This document shows positions 32,722-42,684 of a DNA stretch of 64,000 nucleotides, piece by piece (the stretch's first letter is position 1; every line of letters begins with the position of its first letter). Where the stretch lies: contig OY761611.1 of assembly GCA_963664875.1 (NCBI GenBank), positions 320,001 through 384,000 of the forward strand, read 5' to 3'. A model generated the notes under the pieces. The model worked only from the letters and a program-made list of their open reading frames with translations. It made no database searches and had not been told where the DNA came from. A program made the translations under genes and the position numbers. This DNA is from Candidatus Kapaibacterium sp. Lineage in GTDB: Bacteria; Bacteroidota; Ignavibacteria; Kapaibacteriales; UBA2268.

Positions 32722-33771
32722 CTACTTTTTGATAATATTCATAATTAAATTTTGGAATATTACTCTGCCATCGCCGGCTGATGTTTTTAATGCTTCATCT
32801 GCTTTTGTTAGTTGAATGAGAGCATTAGCTATTTCCTGATGTTTATATATACGTATAGCTTTTTGATATTGTTGTAAGAAATATGCGTTAACTTTTATTC
32901 GTGAGGCTATCTCGTAATTATTTAGCCCTTTCGAAGCTAACTCGACCAGTTTCCAGGCTGCTATAAAGAAATTGGTCAAATAAGGAATTATTTTACTGTC
33001 TTTGTCATTTACAGAAAGTAACCTATCCAGAATAAAGAGTGACTGGTTCAAATTTCTGTCTCCGACAGCATTTTGCAAATCTGCAGCTGTGTAATTTTTG
33101 GTAGCACCTAAGAGGAAATTTACATCATCTTTTGTGATATTTTGCTTATCAGGATAAGATATCACTATCTTATCAACTTCATTGGCAAGATGACGAAGTG
33201 ATTCGCCACTTTGAGCGAGCACCATTTGCAAAGCTTCCTGATCTATATTTTTCCCATATTTTTTAAATCTTTGGTAAAGCCAATCAGGAAATTCGTTATC
33301 ATATTTTTTAGGGAATTCTATGAAAGCATGATTTTCAAGTAGAAATGGGAAAGGGTATTTAATGCCCTTTGGTGCTTGCGCTTTCATTTTTTTTGAGACG
33401 CCAAAAAGTTTATCGTATCTTGTTTTAAGTATCAAAATTGTATGAGGAGATGGATTCTTGAGATAATTTGAAAGAGCGTTTGTTTCCTGCTTCTTTGATT
33501 TTCCTGTAAACAGTTTATCTATATTTTTTAGTACAACTACTCTTTTGTCTGACATCATTGGAAAAGATGAACAAATTGATGCAATTTGATCCTGAGTATT
33601 TTCTTCTCCGTCAAGAATGTCGAAATTAAACTTATCATTTTCTGTTTTGACAAGTGAAGAAATCAAGCTGTCGTAGGCTTCATCCAATAAAAATTCTTCC
33701 TGCCCGAAAAGCAGAATAATTGGCGGAAATTGTTTTGAAGACAAAATATTTTGCAAACTAACAATCGGCAT
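32722..33771 (-). CDS. holA: DNA polymerase III delta subunit
   Basis: LLFGQEEFLL, FPMMSDKRVVV, NEVDK and collar-domain helices. Confidence 0.87.
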   Translation of the reverse strand: MPIVSLQNILSSKQFPPIILLFGQEEFLLDEAYDSLISSLVKTENDKFNFDILDGEENTQDQIASICSSFPMMSDKRVVVLKNIDKLFTGKSKKQETNALSNYLKNPSPHTILILKTRYDKLFGVSKKMKAQAPKGIKYPFPFLLENHAFIEFPKKYDNEFPDWLYQRFKKYGKNIDQEALQMVLAQSGESLRHLANEVDKIVISYPDKQNITKDDVNFLLGATKNYTAADLQNAVGDRNLNQSLFILDRLLSVNDKDSKIIPYLTNFFIAAWKLVELASKGLNNYEIASRIKVNAYFLQQYQKAIRIYKHQEIANALIQLTKADEALKTSAGDGRVIFQNLIMNIIKK

Positions 33772-34190
33772 TATTTTTTTCTCTTTGATATTTCGTTAAG
33801 TGCTTTGTGGAATTTTCCGCTGATAATTTTAGCATTTGAAGGTTTTACAATGTAGTCCGCAATTTTAAGTTTTGCTAAACTTATAAATAAATCGCCATAG
33901 CTAAGAGCTGTGCAGGCAATCACCGGTAAATTACGGGTTGCCTCGTTTGAACGTAAAAATTTTAAAGCTGTCAGACCATCCATTACAGGCATTTGCATAT
34001 CCAGAACAAGCAAATCAGGTAGGTTATCCTTCATAAGCCCGAAAGCTTCTTGTGGATTAGATGATTCGACAATATTTGCTTGAAAATGTTTTTTTAATAT
34101 CGAACTAAGTATTTTGCGATAAGCAGGATCATCATCTACCAGCATAACTGTAAGATGTGAGTAATCGAAATTAGGAATTTCCAGACTCAT
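33771..34190 (-). CDS. single-domain response regulator
   Basis: LVDDD, VLDMQMPVMDG, CTA, YIVKP. Confidence 0.9.
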   Translation of the reverse strand: MSLEIPNFDYSHLTVMLVDDDPAYRKILSSILKKHFQANIVESSNPQEAFGLMKDNLPDLLVLDMQMPVMDGLTALKFLRSNEATRNLPVIACTALSYGDLFISLAKLKIADYIVKPSNAKIISGKFHKALNEISKRKK

Positions 34191-34200
34191 AGTAGCCTCG

Positions 34201-35085
34201 TTATTTCATAACTAAAATTCTCGTCGGTATCTCACCGGCTTCAGCAAATCTAATAAGTGCTTTTATCATTTCCGGTTTAGTGGTTTCGCCTTTTGCAGCA
34301 ATCAACATACCGTGTTTAGTAAAGTAATCTTCTGCGAAAATCATTCCGGGGACTACCTGATTTACCGGCACTCTCATTACTGATTTTTTACCAAAAGATG
34401 TTCGTTCTAATTCCATCATACGGATAAATGCTTCAACTACTTTTTTATCAAATAAAATGCCTCGCTTTTTGTAGAGATAATTCATAGTATTTGCATATTT
34501 ATCCTTAGTGGATTCTAAAAAAGCAGCTGTGCTTGTGTATGGTGCATTAGATGCGTTATTGAAAGTGCGGTCTCTTTGTCTTTTGTAGATAGCATTATGG
34601 AAAGTATCTACTACCAAAATGATTCTGGCACCTGGATGTATTTCATTTCCCTGAATGTGATTTGGGAAACCACTTCCGTCAAGTTTTTCGTGGTGCTGGC
34701 CGATTATTTCGCAAATTGAATCGAATCCTTTGTAAGGTTCGAGAATTTTAACACTAAGCCCCGGGTGCATAGTATATCTTTTGTATTCAGCCGAACTCAT
34801 CTCAGATGGATATTTGTAAAGTGAAGAATCCATGTAACCAATTTTTCCGATATCGTGTAGCAATCCTGCTATTCTGATTTCAGTAACCATATCTTCGCCC
34901 AAACCGAGTTCCTCAGCAAGCATAGCAGACTTTTCAGATACAAATCTTGAGTGACTGCCTTCGTAGAAGTTTTCTGTGAAAGTTGCAATATTTGATAAAA
35001 TCTGAATAGTTTGGAACATTCCTGAAGCTAACTCATCACTAAGCTCTTCTACTAAACTCTCTAATTCTTGTATTCTTTCTTCCAT
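34201..35085 (-). CDS. HD-GYP-type phosphohydrolase (cyclic dinucleotide phosphodiesterase-like)
   Basis: HSRFV, LLHDIGK, HHEKLDGSGFP, IILVVD. Confidence 0.85.
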   Translation of the reverse strand: MEERIQELESLVEELSDELASGMFQTIQILSNIATFTENFYEGSHSRFVSEKSAMLAEELGLGEDMVTEIRIAGLLHDIGKIGYMDSSLYKYPSEMSSAEYKRYTMHPGLSVKILEPYKGFDSICEIIGQHHEKLDGSGFPNHIQGNEIHPGARIILVVDTFHNAIYKRQRDRTFNNASNAPYTSTAAFLESTKDKYANTMNYLYKKRGILFDKKVVEAFIRMMELERTSFGKKSVMRVPVNQVVPGMIFAEDYFTKHGMLIAAKGETTKPEMIKALIRFAEAGEIPTRILVMK

Positions 35086-35226
35086 GATTTATCATTCGCG
35101 GCTTTTGTTCTTTCAAATTTCTATAATATAAGAATAAACGTAAAAAATCTAAATATAAGTTATCCAATTTTTTTAGATTTGTACTTTAATATGTTTAAAA
35201 CACTCAAGATACAAACAGGGGAAATA

Positions 35227-36435
35227 ATGTCTGAGATTAAAAAAATTGGTATCATCACCAGCGGTGGCGATTGTGGCGGACTTAATGCTGTTATAAACGG
35301 TGCTTCTCGTATGGCTCATAGCTTAGGTATAGAAGTCGTACTTATTCCCAATGGTTATGCAGGATTATACAATTTAGAAAATATCGAGCCTGTAGTTATT
35401 GATTTTGCTCGTGCTGATAGAATTCATTCCGGTGTTGCCGGCTCTGAAGCGGGTCACTCAAGAGTAAAAATCAGCAAAATTCAGAATCCTGAAAAATATA
35501 ACATCATCAGAAAAGGTTTGGAAAAACATAATATTGATGCACTTGTTATCGCCGGGGGCGATGATACTGGTTCTGTAGTGGTAGATCTTATCAAAAATGG
35601 AATCAGATGTATTCATGTTCCTAAAACTATGGATTTAGATTTGCAGACTTACTCTGTAGGTGGTGATTCTACAATAAACAGAATCTCAAAATTTACTGAA
35701 GACTTGAGGACTACAGGGCTTACTCATAACCGTACTCTCATAATTGAAGTTTTTGGCAGATATGCAGGGCACACAGCTTTTAGAGGTGGTATCGGAGCTG
35801 ATGCAGACGCTGTTCTAATTCCTGAAATCCCTGTTGATTATGGATATTTATATCAGCATTTCAAAAAAACATACATGAACAGACTTCTTGCTTCTGATGT
35901 TAAAGGATCAACCTATATTATCGTTGCTGCTGAAGGCTTGAGGGACAAAGAAGGCAATTTATTTACAGATGTTTCCATCACTGATTCGTTCGGACATCAA
36001 AAACTATCCGGTATCGGGAGGTATGTTCGTAACCAACTTGAAGCACACATGAAACAAGATCCTGAATGGCAGGAAATGCTTAAAAAGGAAGGTATTTACG
36101 TGGAAGATATATATGAATATCCTGAAATTAGAGAAGTAACATTAGGACACTTAGTCCGTGCAGGTCAAACGAGTTCCTACGATGTGACTTTTGGTAAACA
36201 GTGTGGCGGAGGTGCAGTTTTACTACTAACTAAAGGCATTGCCGGAGTTACTGTTGTTGGTATAGAAGGAAAAGAAGTATCATATATACCTACCGAAGAA
36301 GCTATAAAACAACGATTCGTAGATTTAGAAGATGTTGCTTTCCACGAAAAACTTGGTGTTTGCTTTGGTAGAGAACCTGAAGCATACGAACCTGAAATCA
36401 AACAATACTCCGGCAAAATACACAGATATATGTAA
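35227..36435 (+). CDS. 6-phosphofructokinase, probably pyrophosphate-dependent
   Basis: TSGGDCGGLN, GGDDT (Asp rather than Gly), PKTMDLD, EVFGRYAG; start at ATG 35227. Confidence 0.87.
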   Translation: MSEIKKIGIITSGGDCGGLNAVINGASRMAHSLGIEVVLIPNGYAGLYNLENIEPVVIDFARADRIHSGVAGSEAGHSRVKISKIQNPEKYNIIRKGLEKHNIDALVIAGGDDTGSVVVDLIKNGIRCIHVPKTMDLDLQTYSVGGDSTINRISKFTEDLRTTGLTHNRTLIIEVFGRYAGHTAFRGGIGADADAVLIPEIPVDYGYLYQHFKKTYMNRLLASDVKGSTYIIVAAEGLRDKEGNLFTDVSITDSFGHQKLSGIGRYVRNQLEAHMKQDPEWQEMLKKEGIYVEDIYEYPEIREVTLGHLVRAGQTSSYDVTFGKQCGGGAVLLLTKGIAGVTVVGIEGKEVSYIPTEEAIKQRFVDLEDVAFHEKLGVCFGREPEAYEPEIKQYSGKIHRYM

Positions 36436-36586
36436 CATCTGATATTGCCAAATAGAATTCTTGTTTTTAAAATAAAAACAGTATTTTTGTGTTATAAATA
36501 ATAGGCTAATTGATTTCTTGGAAATTATTTAGCCTATTTGTTTTCGCTTTGTTGTTAATTATTACAGATTGAATGGGTTGGCAGAT

Positions 36587-37519
36587 ATGGATTTTAAAGA
36601 TTATTATTCTATACTCGGGGTAAACAAGAACGCAACGGATGACGACATAAAAAAAGCATACAGAAAGTTAGCTCAAAAATTTCACCCCGATAAAAACAAA
36701 GGCGACAAAACTGCCGAAGAAAAATTTAAAGATATAAGCGAAGCCTACGAGGTGCTCAAAGATGCTGATAAGCGTAGGAAATACGACAACTTAGGCAGCT
36801 CATGGAACAGATATCGTTCGACAGGTTCTAACACAGGATTCAACTGGGCAGATTGGGAAGCCCAAAACAGTAGCGAAAGAAAGAAGAAAACCTCATTTGG
36901 TGATATGTTTGACCAAGGTGGAGGTGGTTTCTATTCGGATTTTTTCGAAAAGATATTCGGCTCAGGTTTTGGCAAAAGTCGTGGCTTCAATCCTACTCCT
37001 AAACAAGGAGAAGACTTTAAAACAGAAGTTGATATCAGCCTCGAAGAAGCATACAAAGGTACTTCCAGAATAATAAAAGTCAATAAAGAAAAGATAGAAT
37101 TAAAACTCAAACAGGGAATTACTGACGGTACAGTACTAAAAATTTCAGGCAAAGGAACTACCGGTAGAAATGGGGGAGCCAACGGTAATTTGCTGATTCA
37201 GGTCAATGTAAAACCGCATCCTGATGTTGAGCAAAAAGAACTTGATTTGTACCAGAACATAATGGTTGATCTCTATACCGCACTTTTAGGTGGAAATATT
37301 AAAGTCAAAACTTTTACAGGGACGGTGCAGATAAATATTAGTCCTGAAACCCAAACAGGAAAACTATTGAAACTGAAAGGACTTGGGATGCCTGATTATG
37401 TATCTGACAATAAAGGAGATTTGTATTTAAAAGTTCAGATTCAGTTGCCAGAAAATCTATCTTTAGAAGAAAAGAAACTTTTTGAACAATTAAGAAAAAT
37501 CAGACAAAAAATATCATAG
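36587..37519 (+). CDS. J-domain co-chaperone without zinc finger (CbpA-like, class II DnaJ)
   Basis: KDYY, HPD motif, G/F-rich linker, DnaJ_C, no CxxCxGxG; start at ATG 36587. Confidence 0.9.
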   Translation: MDFKDYYSILGVNKNATDDDIKKAYRKLAQKFHPDKNKGDKTAEEKFKDISEAYEVLKDADKRRKYDNLGSSWNRYRSTGSNTGFNWADWEAQNSSERKKKTSFGDMFDQGGGGFYSDFFEKIFGSGFGKSRGFNPTPKQGEDFKTEVDISLEEAYKGTSRIIKVNKEKIELKLKQGITDGTVLKISGKGTTGRNGGANGNLLIQVNVKPHPDVEQKELDLYQNIMVDLYTALLGGNIKVKTFTGTVQINISPETQTGKLLKLKGLGMPDYVSDNKGDLYLKVQIQLPENLSLEEKKLFEQLRKIRQKIS

Positions 37520-37520
37520 A

Positions 37521-37548
37521 AAAGGACTGAATATAACATCAGTCCTTT
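37521..37548. terminator. probable bidirectional terminator
   Basis: AAAGGACTGA / TCAGTCCTTT inverted repeat between convergent genes. Confidence 0.72.
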
Positions 37549-37562
37549 ACCTTGATAAATGT

Positions 37563-38234
37563 TTAGAAATAAACGCCTACGCCTAATTGCACAAAGGACT
37601 TTTTGTCTTCGTCGTCAGCTTTGCCGATAAAATTAGCATAGTTATATTTACCTTCTACATTCAATGTTACAAGTTTGAGATTTACATCAACACCCAGACC
37701 TAAACCAAATCCAATTCTATTATAAGAAGGAGAATTTGAAAAATCAACGGAAACTATTCCAACAGGAATATCCACGGAACTGTTGATATAATTGTAACCA
37801 ACTTCACCCAACCCGTAAACTCCAATCAAAGATTTGAATAAATAAAGCTGAATGCCCGCATTGATAGGTATGACGTTTGTGCTTTGTTTTAACTTTGCGG
37901 TAAACTTGTCATCGATAAAGATGTCAATTTCTTTTTCCGGAAATTTGTTCCAAGATAAACTCCCATAAAAATCTGCGTAGTCAGAAAGAGCTACTTTTAG
38001 CCGCATACCCACAAAATATCCTGCACTCATACCATTATCTTTCAAGCTGGCAAAATTGTCTTCTGCGTCTTTCGTAATAGAAATACCGTTTTGTTTGTTA
38101 TAAACATCAGCTAATTTGTCGCTTGGAGTTGATAAGCCTACACGAAAACCAAATTGTACTCCGTCAGAGGCAGATAATTGGTTATATTGGAAAAGTAGCA
38201 TAAACATAAAAATAAATGCAACTAGCCTACTCAT
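37563..38234 (-). CDS. outer-membrane beta-barrel protein (8-stranded OMP-like)
   Basis: Signal peptide, amphipathic strands, C-terminal QLGVGVYF BAM signal. Confidence 0.8.
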   Translation of the reverse strand: MSRLVAFIFMFMLLFQYNQLSASDGVQFGFRVGLSTPSDKLADVYNKQNGISITKDAEDNFASLKDNGMSAGYFVGMRLKVALSDYADFYGSLSWNKFPEKEIDIFIDDKFTAKLKQSTNVIPINAGIQLYLFKSLIGVYGLGEVGYNYINSSVDIPVGIVSVDFSNSPSYNRIGFGLGLGVDVNLKLVTLNVEGKYNYANFIGKADDEDKKSFVQLGVGVYF

Positions 38235-38352
38235 ATTTCCTTATTCTCCTAAAAGTTGTAATTTTGTTTAAACAAAAGTGTACGAAAATCGTAGCTATTT
38301 AGTAAGTTTGTTCGCAATTTTTGCAAATATGTTTCAAAAATAGAAGAAAAAC

Positions 38353-40311
38353 ATGAAAATTACTAAAATTATATCAGTATTGTCAGCATTTATGCTTGTT
38401 AGTTTAGGTGCTGTAACTCTTCATTCTGAAGAAAACGAAGTAAAGTTTGGTATATTTGGCGGCATTAATTTTAATATGCACAGTCCTGATTTCACGATGC
38501 CTTATAATACAAATGGTATAAGCAATGTGTTTAATGAAAACAAAACAAGTATAGGTTTGCATTTAGGAGGTCTTATTGACTATGAACTCTCGCAAGGCTA
38601 TGTTTTGTCAGGAAGATTAGGCTTCCATTCTGCTAGTGTATTATTTAAAGATAATAGATTGCTTACTTCTGAAATTGGAGCACCCGATACAAGTTTGGCA
38701 GGAGAATTAGATGCTTCGATTTATTACCTCGAAATATCTCCTATGTTGAAATTCACAGAATTATTGCCTGTCGAAAATCTGTACTTATTGGGCGGAATCG
38801 AACTCGGTATCCCGATTTCAGCAAAATATGATTTGACTAATAGTGTGAGCACTACAGCGGACGATTTGACTACATACTCCCAAACAAATCAAGATATCGA
38901 TGGTAAATCTATGAGATTGGCAATTGCTCTTGGTGCCGGATATGATTTTGAAATAGGTGATGGTGTTGAGTTGTCTCCTGAAGTATCATTTAGATTACCG
39001 CTAACGAAAGTGTCTTCAAATAATAATTTTGATTCTTGGTCTGTACCTCAGGTAAGAGTAGGCGTATCGCTTACTTTTGGAGGTAAATCCACGAAAGAAC
39101 CAAATAAACCTGAGGCCGGTGAACTAAGTGTTGGATTCAACGACGTATCATATTACGATAAAGACGGAAACAAAAAGAAATTAAACGACATTTCTGTTGA
39201 AGAAACTGAATATCAAGAGCTTTATCCTGTACTTCCTTATGTATTTTGCAGTGAAAATGAATCAATACCGGATAAAAGATACCAAACTATGGCTTCTCAG
39301 TCTGCTTCCGGAGAGTTTAGTTTCTCAGCATTAGAAGCTGACGCGATGACTATAAATATCAATACCTTAGATATTATCGGCAAAAGGATGCAGAATAACA
39401 AACAGGCAAGAGTTAGAATAAATGGTACTCTAGACGGTAAAAATGAAGTTGATTTAGAAGTAGCTAAGCAGAGAGCTGATTTTGCCAAAAACTATATTGT
39501 TGTGAATTATGGTATCAATCCGGATAGAATAGATGTAACATCGAGCAAAAAACCTGAAAAATTGTCTGCATTAAGCAATCCTGACGGAGTTCAGGAAAAC
39601 AGAAGAATTGAATTTTTCAGTTCAAATTCTGAGTTGTTAGAACCAATTATGCTTAGTAAAGATAAAAAACGTGTTGCTTTCCCGCAGCTTATCGAGTTTA
39701 ACCCTGCTGTAGTCAGCAGTGCAGGTATCAAAAACTGGGAGTTAAGGGTAATGCAGGCAGGACGGATTGTTAAACAATTTGCAGGTACAGGTGTTCCTCA
39801 GCCAATCCAATGGAATATAATGCCAAATGATTTGACAGATGCACAAGTGCCTCTTGATTATACTTTGGAAGTAATTGCAAACGATGGCATGGTAAAAACT
39901 TCATCTGGGACTATTCCTGTTGAATACTATTCGTTTACAAGGAAAAGAACAGAAGATATGCCTGATAAAACAATTTCTAAATATAGTTTAGTTGTTTTTG
40001 ACTTTGATTCTCCAAATATCTCAGAAGCAGATAAAAAAATCTTAGAAGATAAAGTTGTTCCTGCAATTACATATAATTCTACCGTACAGATTTACGGATA
40101 TACTGACAAACTTGGAAATGATTCATATAATAAGAAGTTAGCTTTAGAAAGAGCAAACAATGTCAAGAATTTCTTAGAAAGCAAAGTAAAAAATGTTAAA
40201 TTTGAAGTCTATGGAGTTGGAGAATCAGTTGAACTATTCAATAACAATTCTCCAATAGGAAGACAGCTGTCTCGAACAGTGCAAGTTTACGTTGTTACAC
40301 CCAAAAAATAA
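38353..40311 (+). CDS. OmpA-family outer-membrane protein (N-terminal barrel plus two OmpA-like domains)
   Basis: Signal peptide, barrel strands, NRRIEF, GYTD...YNKKLALERA, GRQLSRTV. Confidence 0.83.
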   Translation: MKITKIISVLSAFMLVSLGAVTLHSEENEVKFGIFGGINFNMHSPDFTMPYNTNGISNVFNENKTSIGLHLGGLIDYELSQGYVLSGRLGFHSASVLFKDNRLLTSEIGAPDTSLAGELDASIYYLEISPMLKFTELLPVENLYLLGGIELGIPISAKYDLTNSVSTTADDLTTYSQTNQDIDGKSMRLAIALGAGYDFEIGDGVELSPEVSFRLPLTKVSSNNNFDSWSVPQVRVGVSLTFGGKSTKEPNKPEAGELSVGFNDVSYYDKDGNKKKLNDISVEETEYQELYPVLPYVFCSENESIPDKRYQTMASQSASGEFSFSALEADAMTININTLDIIGKRMQNNKQARVRINGTLDGKNEVDLEVAKQRADFAKNYIVVNYGINPDRIDVTSSKKPEKLSALSNPDGVQENRRIEFFSSNSELLEPIMLSKDKKRVAFPQLIEFNPAVVSSAGIKNWELRVMQAGRIVKQFAGTGVPQPIQWNIMPNDLTDAQVPLDYTLEVIANDGMVKTSSGTIPVEYYSFTRKRTEDMPDKTISKYSLVVFDFDSPNISEADKKILEDKVVPAITYNSTVQIYGYTDKLGNDSYNKKLALERANNVKNFLESKVKNVKFEVYGVGESVELFNNNSPIGRQLSRTVQVYVVTPKK

Positions 40312-40328
40312 AAATTAGGGCGAAATGA

Positions 40329-42242
40329 ATGACTCAAGAAATATCAAAATATAAATATCTGAACAATATAGATTCTCCAAAAGATTTAAGAAAACTTCCG
40401 GTAGATGCTCTACCGGAAGTTTGTTCTGAAGTAAGAGACTTCATGATTGATATAATTACCAAAACCGGCGGACATTTTGGTGCAGGTTTAGGAGTTGTTG
40501 AGCTGACTGTAGCTTTGCATTATATTTTTAATACACCTGAAGATAAGATCATTTTTGATGTGGGACATCAAGGTTATCCACATAAAATAATCACCGGTAG
40601 GAGAGATCATCTTCATACTATACGTCAAAAAGGTGGGCTTTCAGGTTTTTTAAAAAGAAGCGAAAGCGAATACGATTGCTTTGGTGCCGGCCATGCTTCG
40701 ACGAGTATATCAGCTGGCTTAGGTCTTGCAGCTGCAAGAGACATCCTTAAAAAAGATTATAAAGTAGTCTCTGTAATTGGTGATGGTGCAATGACCGGTG
40801 GCCTCGCTTTCGAAGCTATGAATAATTGCGGTGTTCAAAAGCGAGATATGCTTGTTATAATGAATGACAACAATATGTCAATCGATCCAAATGTATCTGC
40901 CTTTTCCAATTATTTCAATCAACTGTTTGCTTCTTCTACATTCCAATCATTCCGAGATAATGTTTGGAAACTCACAGGTAAAATGGACGAACTTGGTGAT
41001 AGACTCCGCAAATATGCTGCAAGATTTGAAGATGGTGTCAAAGCTATCATCACTCCGGGAGTTTTATTTGAAGCATTAGGGTTCAAATATTTTGGTCCTG
41101 TCAACGGGCACAATATCGTTAAACTTGTAAGATTGCTTAAACAAATTAGAGATGTGAAAGGGCCTGTATTTTTGCATGTTATAACACAAAAAGGCAAAGG
41201 TTATGCACCTGCAGAAAAAGACACTCATTATTTACATGCAATTGGAAAAATTGATCGCGAAACAGGTATTTCTTTAAAGAAAAAAGACGAAAAGAAGCAG
41301 CTTAGCTATTCTGATGTTTTTGGAAATGCCATGGTTGAACTTTGCAAAATGAATCCCAAAGTTACTGCAGTCTCTGCGGCAATGATAGAAGGTACAGGGC
41401 TTAATATTCTCTGTGAAGAAGATCCTAAAAAAGTAATAGATGTAGGCATTGCCGAAGGTCATGCGGTTACTTTTGCAGCAGGAATGGCAGCAGAAGGGAT
41501 GATTCCTGTTGTTGCTATTTATTCCACATTTCTCCAAAGAGCCTATGATCATATAATTCATGATTGTGCTATACAAAAAATGCACGTAGTCTTTGCATTA
41601 GATAGAGGTGGAGTAGTCGGAGCTGATGGTCCGACTCATCATGGCACATTTGACTTAGCTTACCTAAGACATATTCCAAATATGGTAGTAGCTGCTCCTA
41701 AAGACGAACAGGAACTTAGAGATTTACTATATTCTGCAGTTTTCAATTATACCAACGGACCTGTTGCTATTCGTTATCCGAGGGGCACAGGAATGGGTGT
41801 CAAGTTAAGTCCTATGAAGTTTATCGAGCTTGGTACTTGGGAAGTCATAGAAAAAGGCTCTGATATAGCAATTCTGGCTGTAGGCAAAACCTTTGCAGAA
41901 TCAGTAAAAGCCTTAGATATTTTAAAAGAAAAAGGAATAAGCCCTACACTAATCAATGCAAGATTTATCAAACCTCTTGATAAACTGATGCTAAATGAAG
42001 TTGCAAAAAATTATAAATATATTCTGACCGTAGAAGATGGCCAAGTGCAAGGTGGCTTTGGTTCTGCTGTAGCAGAGCATTTATTCGAAGAAAATCTAAA
42101 AGATACGACATTGATTATTCATGGCATTCCTGATAAATTTGTAGAGCATGCAACTCAAGAACAGCTATATAATAGCTTAGGTTTAGATGCACTCGGAATA
42201 GCAGAAAAGGTTCAAAATATAATTAATTCAGATAAAATCTAA
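40329..42242 (+). CDS. dxs: 1-deoxy-D-xylulose-5-phosphate synthase
   Basis: DVGHQGY, GAGHASTSIS, GDGAMTGG, GIAEGHA, DRGGVVGADGPTH, IRYPRG. Confidence 0.97.
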   Translation: MTQEISKYKYLNNIDSPKDLRKLPVDALPEVCSEVRDFMIDIITKTGGHFGAGLGVVELTVALHYIFNTPEDKIIFDVGHQGYPHKIITGRRDHLHTIRQKGGLSGFLKRSESEYDCFGAGHASTSISAGLGLAAARDILKKDYKVVSVIGDGAMTGGLAFEAMNNCGVQKRDMLVIMNDNNMSIDPNVSAFSNYFNQLFASSTFQSFRDNVWKLTGKMDELGDRLRKYAARFEDGVKAIITPGVLFEALGFKYFGPVNGHNIVKLVRLLKQIRDVKGPVFLHVITQKGKGYAPAEKDTHYLHAIGKIDRETGISLKKKDEKKQLSYSDVFGNAMVELCKMNPKVTAVSAAMIEGTGLNILCEEDPKKVIDVGIAEGHAVTFAAGMAAEGMIPVVAIYSTFLQRAYDHIIHDCAIQKMHVVFALDRGGVVGADGPTHHGTFDLAYLRHIPNMVVAAPKDEQELRDLLYSAVFNYTNGPVAIRYPRGTGMGVKLSPMKFIELGTWEVIEKGSDIAILAVGKTFAESVKALDILKEKGISPTLINARFIKPLDKLMLNEVAKNYKYILTVEDGQVQGGFGSAVAEHLFEENLKDTTLIIHGIPDKFVEHATQEQLYNSLGLDALGIAEKVQNIINSDKI

Positions 42243-42249
42243 TATTTTG

Positions 42250-42281
42250 TTTGGAATTTATGAAGATTATCCGTAATTTTG
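42250..42281 (+). promoter_or_regulatory. Bacteroidota-type housekeeping promoter for the tRNA operon
   Basis: TTTG-N20-TAATTTTG, 20 nt upstream of the first tRNA. Confidence 0.7.
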
Positions 42282-42301
42282 AATTCTACTGTTGAGGCAA
42301 T

Positions 42302-42374
42302 GATCCCGTAGCTCAGCCGGTAGAGCATTTGACTTTTAATCAAAGGGCCACAGGTTCAAGTCCTGTCGGGATCA
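42302..42374 (+). tRNA. tRNA-Lys (anticodon TTT), copy 1
   Basis: Full cloverleaf: GATCCCG/CGGGATC acceptor stem, TTTGA-CTTTTAA-TCAAA anticodon arm, GGTTCAAGTCC T arm; CCA not encoded. Confidence 0.96.
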
Positions 42375-42431
42375 CAGTTCTTTAAAATAGAATATTATAT
42401 AACAGCATAATATCAACAATCACTGAATAAT

Positions 42432-42504
42432 GATCCCGTAGCTCAGCCGGTAGAGCATTTGACTTTTAATCAAAGGGCCACAGGTTCAAGTCCTGTCGGG
42501 ATCA
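42432..42504 (+). tRNA. tRNA-Lys (anticodon TTT), copy 2
   Basis: Identical to copy 1. Confidence 0.96.
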
Positions 42505-42546
42505 CAAAGTCGATTTTTGTTTTTGATGTATATATAATATTCTTAC

Positions 42547-42619
42547 GATCCCGTAGCTCAGCCGGTAGAGCATTTGACTTTTAATCAAAGGGCCACAGGT
42601 TCAAGTCCTGTCGGGATCA
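42547..42619 (+). tRNA. tRNA-Lys (anticodon TTT), copy 3
   Basis: Identical to copy 1. Confidence 0.96.
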
Positions 42620-42620
42620 C

Positions 42621-42653
42621 AAAGCTTAAGATATATTCTTAAGCTTTTTTTTT
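42621..42653 (+). terminator. rho-independent terminator of the tRNA operon
   Basis: AAAGCTTAAGA-TATAT-TCTTAAGCTTT followed by a T-run. Confidence 0.85.
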
Positions 42654-42684
42654 ACCTATCTGTGCTTAAAGAGAGAGGTATTCT

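Noticed and set aside
35068-35226. N-terminal extensions given by the ORF track (pfk, aclB, DUF62, helicase, thioesterase, kinase 21817)
   Set aside because: Family homology and RBS positions begin at downstream ATGs; the extensions cross promoter-like AT-rich DNA
42302-42619. Repeat-spacer-repeat pattern resembling a CRISPR array
   Set aside because: Repeats are 73 nt and fold as complete tRNA-Lys cloverleaves; no cas genes nearby
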